From assembly GCF_000015585.1 (NCBI RefSeq), contig NC_008789.1, positions 810,001 through 842,000 on the forward strand: a stretch of 32,000 nucleotides of DNA, given 5' to 3'. The notes under the pieces were generated by a model. That model was not told the origin of the DNA, made no database searches, and saw only the letters and a program-made list of their open reading frames with translations. Source of the DNA: Halorhodospira halophila SL1. Its GTDB lineage: Bacteria > Pseudomonadota > Gammaproteobacteria > Nitrococcales > Halorhodospiraceae. The position numbers and the translations under genes were made by a program. Below are positions 10,192 to 18,260 of this stretch, in pieces. Positions within the stretch are counted from its first letter, which is position 1. Each line of letters begins with the position of its first letter.

Positions 10192-13100
10192 TCAGCCGGC
10201 CCCGTAACCGCCCCCGCCCGGGGTCTCGATGAGGATCTGATCCCCCGCCTCGAGATCCCGGGTGGCGGTGCCCGGCAGCTCTTCGACGGTGCCGTCCCGG
10301 CGCTCGATGGCGTTGCGCCCGCACGCCGCATCCGCGCCGCCGGCCAGCCCGAAGGGCGGTACGCGGCGGCGGTTCATCAGCGTCACCGCGGTCATCGGCT
10401 CCAGGAAGCGCAGGCGCCGGATGACCCCGTCGCCGCCCGGGCACGCCCCGCCCCCGCCGCTGCCCCGACGGATGGCGAAGCGCTCGACGCGCACCGGATA
10501 GCGCCACTCCAGCACCTCCGGATCGGTTAGGCGCGAGTTGGTCATGTGGGTGTGGACCGCAGAGCTGCCGGCGAAGTCCGGCCCGGCGCCGGCGCCGCCG
10601 CAGAGGGTCTCGTAGTACTGGTAGCGCTGGTTGCCGAAGGTCAGGTTGTTCATGGTGCCCTGGCTGGCAGCCATCGCCTGCAGCGCCCCGTAGAGGGCGT
10701 CGGTCACCGCCTGGGAGGTCTCCACATTGCCGGCGACCACGGCGGCCGGGTAGCGCGGGTTGAGCATCGAACCCTCCGGCACGACGATCTCCAGCGGCTC
10801 CAGGCAGCCTTCGTTGAGCGGGATATCGTCCTCGACCAGGGTGCGGAAGACGTACAGCGTGGCCGCCCGGGTGATCGCCAGCGGGGCGTTGAAGTTGCTC
10901 TCCGCCAGCTGCTCGGAGGTGCCGCTGAAGTCGATCCGCGCCCGGCGCGCGGCGTGATCGACGCGGACCGAGACCCGGATCCGCGCGCCGTTATCCAGAT
11001 CACCGGTGAACTCGCCGTCGGCGAGGCGATCGATGACCCGGCGCACGTGCTCGGCGGCGTTCTCCTGGACGAAGCCCATGTAGGCCTGCACCACCGCCAG
11101 GCCGAACTGCGCCACCATGCGCCGCAGCTCGGCGACGCCCTTCTCGTTGGCGGCGATCTGCGCCTTGAGATCGGCGATGTTCTGCGCCACGTTGCGCGCC
11201 GGATACGGGCCACCGCTCATCACGGTGGTGAACGCCTCCTCGAGGAAACGCCCCTCGGCGACGACCTGGAGGTCGTTGATGAGCACCCCCTCCTCGGTCA
11301 CCCGGGTGGAGTCCGCCGGCATCGATCCCGGGGTACGGCCACCGACATCGGCGTGGTGGCCACGGCTGGCGCAGAAGAAGAGCAGCTCCTGCCCGTCCGC
11401 GGAGAAGACCGGCGTCACCGCGGTGAGATCGGGCAGGTGCGTGCCGCCATTGTAGGGATCGTTGAGCAGGAAGACGTCGCCGGGGCGCAGGGTCTCGCCG
11501 CGGCGATGGAGGATGGTGCGCACCGCCTCCGACATCGAGCCGAGGTGGACCGGGATGTGCGGCGCGTTGGCCACCAGGTTGCCGTCGGCGTCGAAGAGCG
11601 CACAGGAGAAGTCGAGCCGCTCCTTGATGTTCACCGACTGCGCCGTCCCGGCCAGGGTCGTGCCCATCTGCTCGGCAATCGAGCGGAACAGGTTGTTGAA
11701 CACCTCCAGCAGCACCGGGTCGGGGCGCCGGGTATCCACCTGCGGTGTCTGCACCGGCTGCCCCGCCTCGGCGGTCACCGACCGGCGCAGGATCAGCTGA
11801 TCGCCGCCGGTCACCTCCGCCTCCCAGCCGGCGTCGATCACCGTGGTGGCGTTCTCCTCCTGGAGGATCGCCGGCCCGCTCAGCCGGGTGCCCGGGAGCA
11901 GATCGGCGCGGGCGTAGACCGGCTGCTCCGCCATTCGCTGGCCATCCCAGGCCGTGACCCGGGCCAGCGGCTGCGGCGGGGCCTTCGGCGCCGGCGCCTC
12001 GCCCTCGCCCGCTTCCTCCGCCGCGGCGTGGTGAATCGCCTCGACGCTGAGCGCCTCGAGGACCCGCGGGCGGTCATCGAGGGTGAAGCCGAAGCGCTGG
12101 CGGTGCAGCCGGGCAAAGGCCGCGTCGACCTCGGCGACGTCGTCGCTGCCGGGGACCTCGAGCGCGGTATCGGTGCCGGCGTAGCGGACGTGGGCCCGCA
12201 CGCGCAGCGTCGCCGCCTCGCCCGCCAGCCCCTGGGTCGCCAGCCCGGCGCGGGCCTCGGCGGCGAGCTCGTCGATCACGTCGGCCAGCTGCGGGGCGCT
12301 GGCCGGCTCCAGGGGCGCCTCCACGGTGCGCTGACTGATGGCGGTGATGTCCGCCAGCCCCATGCCGTAGGCCGAGAGCACCCCCGCCAGCGGGTGGACG
12401 AACACCGTGCGGATGCCCAGCACATCGGCCACGGCACAGGCGTGCTGCCCCCCGGCGCCACCGAAGCAGTTGAGGGCGTAGCGGGTGACGTCGTAGCCGC
12501 GCTGCACCGAGATACGCTTGATCGCCTGGGCCATGTTCTCCACGGCGATACGCCGAAAGCCGGCGGCCACCGCCACCGGCTCCCGGGCATCCCCGGTCTC
12601 GGCGTGGATGCGCTCGGCCAGCTCGGCGAAGCGCTCGTGCACCCCCTCGGCGTCCAGGGGCTGATCGGCACCGGGGCCGAAGAGGCGCGGGAAGAACTCC
12701 GGGCGGATCAGCCCGAGCAGGACATTGCAGTCGGTGACGGTCAGCGGCCCGCCGCGGCGGTAGGCCGCCGGCCCCGGATCGGCGCCGGCGGAGTCGGGCC
12801 CGACCCGGTACTTCATGCCGTCGAAGTGGCAGATCGAGCCGCCCCCGGCAGCGACGGTGTGGATCTGCATCATCGGCGCGCGGATGCGGCAGCCGGCGAT
12901 CTCCGCCTCGAAGGTGCGCTCGAACTCGCCGTCGTAGTGGGCCACGTCGGTGGAGGTCCCGCCCATGTCGAAGCTGATCAGCCGGTCGATGCCCGCCATG
13001 GCCGCGGTGCGCACGGCGCCGACGATCCCGCCGGCGGGGCCGGAGAGGATGGCGTCCTTGCCCTGGAACTGCGCGGCGCTGGTCAGCCCGCCGTTGGACT

Positions 13101-13833
13101 GCATGAACAGCAGCGGCACATCGCCGAGCTCGGCGGCCAGGCGCTCGACGTACCGCCGCAGCACCGGCGACAGGTAGGCGTCGACCACGGCAGTATCCCC
13201 CCGGCCGACGATCTTCATCACGGCGGCGGCCTCGGCACTGGTCGTCACCTGGGTGAAGCCCACCTCGCGGGCGATGCGGGCCACCACCTGCTCGTGGGCG
13301 GCGTCGCGCCAGGCGTGCATGAGCACCACCGCCAGCGCCCGGTAGCCGGCGGCGTAGGTGTGCTCGAGCCGGGCGCGCACGGCGTCGGCATCCAGCGTGC
13401 GGACCACCGAGCCGTCGGCGCCGAGCCGCTCGGGGATCTCGATGACCTCGGAATAGAGCATCTGCGGCAGGCGCACGCGCCGGTCAAAGATATCGGGGCG
13501 GTGCTGGTAGCCGATGCGCAGCTGATCGGCCAAGCCCTCGGTGATGGCGAGGACCGTGGGCTCGCCGCGGCGCTCGAGCAGCGCGTTGGTCGCCACCGTG
13601 GTCCCCATGCGCACCGCCTCGATCCGCTCGGCCGGGATCGGGGCGTCGGCCCCCACACCGAGGATGGTGCGGATGCCGTGGAGGGCGGCGTCGGTGTACT
13701 GCTCCGGGTTCTCGGAGAGGAACTTGCGGGCGATCAGGCGCCCGTCGGGGGCGCGGGCGATGACGTCGGTGAAGGTACCGCCCCGATCGATCCAGAACTG
13801 CCAGCGCTCTCCCGCCGCGAAGCCGTCCGTCAT
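10192..13833 (-). CDS. Fused hydantoinase A / hydantoinase B family protein (5-oxoprolinase-type, ATP-hydrolysing)
   Basis: 1213 aa from ATG 13831-13833. N-terminus [14 protein letters not shown]; the length and two-domain architecture are typical of HyuA-HyuB fusions / 5-oxoprolinase. Confidence 0.85.
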   Translation of the reverse strand: MTDGFAAGERWQFWIDRGGTFTDVIARAPDGRLIARKFLSENPEQYTDAALHGIRTILGVGADAPIPAERIEAVRMGTTVATNALLERRGEPTVLAITEGLADQLRIGYQHRPDIFDRRVRLPQMLYSEVIEIPERLGADGSVVRTLDADAVRARLEHTYAAGYRALAVVLMHAWRDAAHEQVVARIAREVGFTQVTTSAEAAAVMKIVGRGDTAVVDAYLSPVLRRYVERLAAELGDVPLLFMQSNGGLTSAAQFQGKDAILSGPAGGIVGAVRTAAMAGIDRLISFDMGGTSTDVAHYDGEFERTFEAEIAGCRIRAPMMQIHTVAAGGGSICHFDGMKYRVGPDSAGADPGPAAYRRGGPLTVTDCNVLLGLIRPEFFPRLFGPGADQPLDAEGVHERFAELAERIHAETGDAREPVAVAAGFRRIAVENMAQAIKRISVQRGYDVTRYALNCFGGAGGQHACAVADVLGIRTVFVHPLAGVLSAYGMGLADITAISQRTVEAPLEPASAPQLADVIDELAAEARAGLATQGLAGEAATLRVRAHVRYAGTDTALEVPGSDDVAEVDAAFARLHRQRFGFTLDDRPRVLEALSVEAIHHAAAEEAGEGEAPAPKAPPQPLARVTAWDGQRMAEQPVYARADLLPGTRLSGPAILQEENATTVIDAGWEAEVTGGDQLILRRSVTAEAGQPVQTPQVDTRRPDPVLLEVFNNLFRSIAEQMGTTLAGTAQSVNIKERLDFSCALFDADGNLVANAPHIPVHLGSMSEAVRTILHRRGETLRPGDVFLLNDPYNGGTHLPDLTAVTPVFSADGQELLFFCASRGHHADVGGRTPGSMPADSTRVTEEGVLINDLQVVAEGRFLEEAFTTVMSGGPYPARNVAQNIADLKAQIAANEKGVAELRRMVAQFGLAVVQAYMGFVQENAAEHVRRVIDRLADGEFTGDLDNGARIRVSVRVDHAARRARIDFSGTSEQLAESNFNAPLAITRAATLYVFRTLVEDDIPLNEGCLEPLEIVVPEGSMLNPRYPAAVVAGNVETSQAVTDALYGALQAMAASQGTMNNLTFGNQRYQYYETLCGGAGAGPDFAGSSAVHTHMTNSRLTDPEVLEWRYPVRVERFAIRRGSGGGGACPGGDGVIRRLRFLEPMTAVTLMNRRRVPPFGLAGGADAACGRNAIERRDGTVEELPGTATRDLEAGDQILIETPGGGGYGAG

Positions 13834-13894
13834 GACCCACTCCTGCGACTCATACAACCGGCCATCTTCGCACAGGGTCATGCGCGCGTGTGGC

Positions 13895-14011
13895 GTCACC
13901 GCAGATACTGACCTGCGGCTATCCCGTTACTTCGGCACGAGCGAAGGCTACTGGCTGCGCCTGCAGAACGCTTACGACCTGGAGGAGGCGCGCCGCCAGC
14001 TGGCCGCGTGA
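13895..14011 (+). pseudogene. higA: C-terminal stump of a HigA-family (Xre HTH) antitoxin
   Basis: ...[37 protein letters not shown] matches the conserved HigA C-terminus (LS.yFGTS.e.WLnLQ..YDL). There is no N-terminal HTH half and no higB. Confidence 0.6.
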
Positions 14012-14037
14012 CGGACGCTGCGCGGAAGTCGTCGAAG

Positions 14038-14114
14038 ATGGCGCCCCGGGCAGGATTCGAACCTGCGACCTATCGCTTAGGAGGCGATTGCTCTATCCGG
14101 CTGAGCTACCGGGG
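14038..14114 (-). tRNA. tRNA-Arg (anticodon CCU)
   Basis: 77-nt cloverleaf on the minus strand: GCCCCGG...CCGGGGC acceptor, anticodon loop CTCCTAA, T-arm GCAGG-TTCGAAT-CCTGC, encoded CCA. Confidence 0.92.
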
Positions 14115-14150
14115 CCGGCGCCTAACTTGTACCCATCCGCCCGCCACCGG

Positions 14151-14766
14151 TCAACCGGCACGCCGGTGGCGCAGCACGAGGTTGCGCAGCCGGTACAGCA
14201 ACAACCCGGCAACGGCGACCAGAAGCAACAGCGTCACCACGGTGCCGTAGGTGCCCAGGTAGGCCTCCACACGGGCCCAGTTGGAGCCGGTGGCGTACCC
14301 GGCGGCGAGGAGGACGCCGTTCCACAATGTGGTGCCGAGCAGGGTCAGCAGCAGGAACGGAACCAGCCGCATCGGCAACAGCCCGGCCGGGATGGAGACC
14401 AGGCTGCGCACGGTGGGTACAAAGCGCCCGAAGAGCACGATCCACGCCCCGTGCCGGCGGAAGACCCGATGGGTCACCTCCAGATCGCGCTCTTGGATCA
14501 GGTACCAGCGGCTGCCCCGGCGGACCCACCGGCGGGCCCGCGCATCGCCGACCGCCCGCACCACCAGGTAGATCAGCGTTGACCCCAGGGTGGCCCCCAG
14601 GCTGGCGGCAGCCAACACGGTCACCGGGTTGAGCTCGGCCTGGTAGACGGCGTAGCCGAGGAAGGGCATGACCGCCTCGGGGGCGAGCACGATCATCACC
14701 GCAAAGATCCCCAACCAGCCCAGCAGCTCGACCGCGTCGACGATGAGTTCCGGCATGCGCAGCGAT
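14151..14766 (-). CDS. DedA-family inner-membrane protein
   Basis: 205 aa from ATG 14764-14766 (MPELIVDAVE...). Multi-TM, with the DedA motif context FGRFVPTVRSLVSIPAG. Confidence 0.8.
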
Positions 14767-14888
14767 CCCTCCCGGTTGGTGCACGTCGGACCGGCCTCGA
14801 CCGGCCCTGATACAGGGTACCAGCCGCTCCCTGCCCCACCCGGGCAACCGGTGTAAGGGCGCGGCAACACCGGCCGCGGCAGGCGCAG

Positions 14889-14934
14889 AACGCCGCCCTG
14901 CGGGCCCGGCACCCCGCCGGGCCCGCAGGGCGTT
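14889..14934. promoter_or_regulatory. Long perfect palindrome, candidate enhancer (UAS) for the sigma-54 promoter
   Basis: ccctgcgggcccggc (14896-14910) / gccgggcccgcaggg (14916-14930) around a 5-nt centre, extended by aacg/cgtt. Lies about 105-150 bp upstream of the -24/-12 element. Confidence 0.45.
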
Positions 14935-15035
14935 ACGCCGGCGCAGCACTCGACCGCTCGCTGCGGCGCAAGGCCCCACCGTGGACCGCCCCAAAAACCC
15001 CGGCCACTCCGCATGTTACGGCTCACAGGCCCGGT

Positions 15036-15051
15036 TGGCCCGGCAATTGCA
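15036..15051 (+). promoter_or_regulatory. Sigma-54 (-24/-12) promoter
   Basis: TGGCCCGGCAATTGCA versus consensus TGGCAC-N5-TTGCW, with correct GG-N10-GC spacing. About 110 nt upstream of ATG 15161. Confidence 0.7.
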
Positions 15052-15160
15052 CTAATAAGGCTGCGGCGCTGCTCGTCCCCCCAGGCGGCGCCCCCGCGGA
15101 GGCCCGGCCGCTGACGGCCGGGCCCCGCGTTAACCACTACGACCGAGAAGAGGGAACGAC

Positions 15161-16507
15161 ATGATCAAGCAAACGACGCTCGCCAGCACCCTGGTCCTGG
15201 CCATGGCTGTAAGCGGTACCGCCTGGGCGAACCCGCAGAACATCGCCGAAGGCGAAGAGAACACCCTGTCCGCCTCGGTGAACGCCAACGCCGACGACGG
15301 CAGCGCCGCCGCCAGCGAAGGCTCGACGGCCAACGTGAACAACAGCGCCCAGGACGGCTCGTACAACACGGAGAAGAACTACAGCTCGGAGTCGGCCTAC
15401 AACAAGGACGATAACTCCGATAACAGCACCAACCTGACGGACTCTCAGAACAGCACCAGCAGTTCCGAGATGAGCTACGCCAAGGATGACAACTCCGACA
15501 ACAGCACCAACGTGACGGATTCCCAGAACTCGTCCACGTCCAAGAACTGGGACGACAACTCGGACAACAGTCTGACCGACTCCCAGAACACGACGAAGTC
15601 CAGCAGTCAGGAGATGTCCTACAACAAGGATGACAACTCGGACAACAGCACCAACCTGACGGACTCTCAGAACAGCACCAGCAGTTCCGAGATGAGCTAT
15701 GCCAAAGATGACAACTCCGACAACAGCACCAACGTGGCCGACTCGCACAACAGCAACAGCGAGAAGAACTACAGCTCGGAGATGAGTTACAACAAGGACG
15801 ACAACTCCGATCGCAGCACCAACGTGGCGGACTCCCACAACGACAACTCGGACCGCAGCGACAACTCCGATCGCAGCTCGAGCGTGGCCGACTCGCACAA
15901 CAGCGAGAAGAACTACAGCTCGGAGATGAGCTACAACAAGGACGACAACTCCGATCGCAGCACCAACGTGGCGGACTCCCACAACGACAACTCGGACCGC
16001 AGCGACAACTCCGACCGGAGCCTGACGGACTCCCAGAACGACAACTCCGATCGCAGCACCAGCGTTGCGGATTCCCACAACTCGGATAGCAGCAACAACG
16101 ACTCGTTCAACAAGGACAACAGCGACCACTCGGATAACAGCACCGCCGACTCGTACAACACCGACGAGAGCGACAACTCCGACAACAGCATCGCTGATTC
16201 CTACAACACCATGGACTCCCACAACACGATGAAGGACTCGCAGAACGAGATCAGCGACGCCTTCAATCACTACCTCGACATGGAGATGACGGTCGCCAGC
16301 TCCGAGCTTGAAGGCACAGTGAGTGGCAACACCCTGCGCATCGGCGGCGACGACGACGCCTGGCTGCACGTCAATAACCGCATGGCGGAAGGCTCGATCT
16401 CCGGCAACGCGGGCATCACCCAGGTCTCGCAGAACGGTGGCGTCGGCAGCCTGATCCAGCAGAACGTGACCATGCAGGGCAACGTGCGCATCAACCCGGC
16501 CCAGTAG
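15161..16507 (+). CDS. Secreted D/N/S-rich tandem-repeat protein with conserved N/Q/G-rich C-terminal module
   Basis: RBS agaggga. Signal peptide MIKQTTLASTLVLAMAVSGTAWA|N, about 300 aa of EMSY(N/A)KDDNSD(N/R)STN..DS(Q/H)N units, and a C-terminal module ...SGNAGITQVSQNGGVGSLIQQNVTMQGNVRI. Confidence 0.85.
   Translation: MIKQTTLASTLVLAMAVSGTAWANPQNIAEGEENTLSASVNANADDGSAAASEGSTANVNNSAQDGSYNTEKNYSSESAYNKDDNSDNSTNLTDSQNSTSSSEMSYAKDDNSDNSTNVTDSQNSSTSKNWDDNSDNSLTDSQNTTKSSSQEMSYNKDDNSDNSTNLTDSQNSTSSSEMSYAKDDNSDNSTNVADSHNSNSEKNYSSEMSYNKDDNSDRSTNVADSHNDNSDRSDNSDRSSSVADSHNSEKNYSSEMSYNKDDNSDRSTNVADSHNDNSDRSDNSDRSLTDSQNDNSDRSTSVADSHNSDSSNNDSFNKDNSDHSDNSTADSYNTDESDNSDNSIADSYNTMDSHNTMKDSQNEISDAFNHYLDMEMTVASSELEGTVSGNTLRIGGDDDAWLHVNNRMAEGSISGNAGITQVSQNGGVGSLIQQNVTMQGNVRINPAQ
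15371..16200 (+). repeat. In-frame coding tandem/dispersed direct repeats
   Basis: 15398-15514 is near-identical to 15620-15736 (222-bp register), and 15761-15877 to 15905-16020 (144-bp register, about 3-4 mismatches). Confidence 0.9.
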
Positions 16508-16534
16508 TCGGTCAGCGGTAACCACCCGGAACTG

Positions 16535-16554
16535 GGGGCGGCCACGGCCGCCCC
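16535..16554 (+). terminator. GC hairpin after the repeat-protein gene (attenuator/partial terminator candidate)
   Basis: ggggcggc / gccgcccc stem 28 nt after the stop. A second hairpin ccgcccggc/gccgggcgg lies at about 16579-16601. No U-tract. Confidence 0.4.
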
Positions 16555-16630
16555 GGCCCTCCGGCAGGGAAGTATCGGCAAGGACAGGCCCGCCCGGCAG
16601 CGCCGGGCGGACCGCATCGGGAGCATCCTC

Positions 16631-17026
16631 ATGAATGGCATCCGGCAACGGCTGTTTGATTGGACCACGGGTCGCACACCGATCCTGGCCTTGGGCGCCG
16701 CCCTCGCGACTCTGCCCGGACTCGCGGCCGCTGAAGCGCTTCACCACGGACAGCAGCTCTTCGAACAGCAACTCGGTGCCCCGGTGGCGGCCGAGGCGCT
16801 GGACGAGCAACGCGGTCTGGCGGACACCTTCCGCTACCAGACCAGCACCATCTCGGAACAGGGCACGGTCCTCGGCAACGTCGTGGAGTCGAGCCCCAGC
16901 GGCATGAACGTCATCCACGATGGCGCCCTGCGCGACAATCACGGGCTGACCACGGTCATCCAGAACTCGGGCCACCACGTGATCATCCAGGAAGCCACCA
17001 ACATCAACGTGACGGTAACCCCATGA
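16631..17026 (+). CDS. Small exported protein, paralogue of the C-terminal module of the repeat protein
   Basis: RBS gggag. Signal-like N-terminus ...PILALGAALATLPGLAAA|E. QGTVLGNVV...DNHGLTTVIQNSGHHVIIQEATNINVTV aligns with EGTVSGNTL...SGNAGITQVSQNGGVGSLIQQNVTMQGNV of the upstream gene. Confidence 0.7.
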   Translation: MNGIRQRLFDWTTGRTPILALGAALATLPGLAAAEALHHGQQLFEQQLGAPVAAEALDEQRGLADTFRYQTSTISEQGTVLGNVVESSPSGMNVIHDGALRDNHGLTTVIQNSGHHVIIQEATNINVTVTP

Positions 17027-17727
17027 ACCGCCACGCCACGCCACTGGCCACGCTCGGCGCCCTGGCCTGCCTGGCCCTGGCCACCCCGGCACCGGCCCAG
17101 GCCGCCGGGCTACCCATCCCGCACCTCGGCGGCGGACACCACGTGGTCGTCGAGAGCCTGCAGTCGGTCCGCTTCCGGGGCGTCGAACGCCAGGCCCTGG
17201 ACTACAGCTGCGGCTCGGCGGCGGTGGCCACCCTGCTCAGCTACCACTACGACCACTCGGTGGGCGAGCCCGAGGTCTTCGCCGGCATGTTCGCTGCCGC
17301 GGATCAGCAGCGGGTGCGCACCGATGGCTTCTCCATGCTCGACATGCAGCGCTACCTGGCCGAGCTGGGCTACCGCGCCGACGGCTTCAACCTCACCCTC
17401 GAGCAGGTAGCGGCGCTGCGCATCCCGAGCATCGTGCTGATCGACACCGGCGGCTACCTGCACTTCGTGGTGATCAAGGGCATCCGCGACGGCCAGGTCC
17501 TCGTCGGCGACCCGGCCATGGGGCTGCGGGCCTACAACGCCGAGACCTTCAAGCAGCTGCGCCGCGGCCCGCTGCTGGTCATCCGCGACCGCCACGACCT
17601 GGCGCAGCTCACCTTCAACCCCGACCGGGCCTGGGCCGTACAGACCCGCCCGCCGTTCGAGCACGCCCGCGAGCACCAGGGGCTGAGCGACTTTACGCGC
17701 AACCTGCGCCGACCGGGGGACTGGTGA
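17023..17727 (+). CDS. Stand-alone exported C39-family (papain-like) cysteine peptidase
   Basis: ATGA overlap with the previous gene. Signal peptide ...LALATPAPAQA|A, catalytic Cys in LDYSCGSAAVATLL, His in GYLHFVVIKG, Asp in VGDPAMG. Confidence 0.8.
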   Translation: MNRHATPLATLGALACLALATPAPAQAAGLPIPHLGGGHHVVVESLQSVRFRGVERQALDYSCGSAAVATLLSYHYDHSVGEPEVFAGMFAAADQQRVRTDGFSMLDMQRYLAELGYRADGFNLTLEQVAALRIPSIVLIDTGGYLHFVVIKGIRDGQVLVGDPAMGLRAYNAETFKQLRRGPLLVIRDRHDLAQLTFNPDRAWAVQTRPPFEHAREHQGLSDFTRNLRRPGDW

Positions 17728-17729
17728 TC

Positions 17730-18245
17730 ATGGCCGCGCCGACCGCCCTCCCCCACCGGGCCCCCTGGGCTGCGGGCCTGGCACTGCTGATCGGTGCCAT
17801 CGGCCACGCCGCCGCCGAGGAGACGCCGGCCTCCCCCTGGGACGACCTGGCCCAAGTGCCGTCCGCCGAGCTGGCCCAGTGGCGCGGCGGCTGGACCAGC
17901 GCCGACGGTGTCCTCGTGCGCTTCGGCTTCGAGCAGGCGGTGGCGGTCAACGGCGAAACGCTGGGCCACGCCCAGATCGATCCCGTGGCCGTGCCACTCG
18001 GCGACCGGGCCGGCGCCCACCAGGCCGCCCGGCAACTGGCCGAGTCGTTCCGCTTCACCACCACCGACGGCGTACAGATGCACCTGGGCGACCAGGGCAT
18101 GACCCTGGTGCTACAGAACAGCCTGGATGGACAACTGATCCAGGTCCTCCAAGATCTGGACGTTCAGCTGGAAGGGATCCCGGTGGAACGCCTCAACCGA
18201 CTGGGGGAGCTGATGCAGGTGCAGATGCTCGAAGGGCTGCGCTGA
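17730..18245 (+). CDS. Exported protein of unknown function
   Basis: Overlaps or abuts the C39 stop (GTG 17724 or ATG 17730). Signal peptide ...LALLIGAIGHAAA|EE. No recognised motif. Confidence 0.6.
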   Translation: MAAPTALPHRAPWAAGLALLIGAIGHAAAEETPASPWDDLAQVPSAELAQWRGGWTSADGVLVRFGFEQAVAVNGETLGHAQIDPVAVPLGDRAGAHQAARQLAESFRFTTTDGVQMHLGDQGMTLVLQNSLDGQLIQVLQDLDVQLEGIPVERLNRLGELMQVQMLEGLR

Positions 18246-18260
18246 CCCGGCCTCCGGCCA

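Noticed and set aside
10546-13911. 1121-aa plus-strand ORF
   Set aside because: It is the antisense shadow of the oxoprolinase-type gene, with the same compositional artefact.
14767-15137. Extended 328-aa version of the DedA ORF and the overlapping 290-aa ORF
   Set aside because: The upstream part is G/P/R-rich junk crossing the intergenic palindrome and the sigma-54 promoter. DedA-like sequence starts at MPELIVD (14766).
15371-16200. Possible CRISPR-like array (regularly spaced repeats)
   Set aside because: The repeats are in frame inside a single ORF. The units are 66-144 bp with degenerate copies, and there is no repeat-spacer architecture or cas gene.
15137-17092. 651-aa minus-strand ORF rich in V/G/A/R repeats
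   Set aside because: It is the antisense reading of the D/N/S repeat gene (GAC/AAC/AGC codons read backwards give V/G/A). The plus strand has an RBS, a signal peptide, a sigma-54 promoter and operon context.
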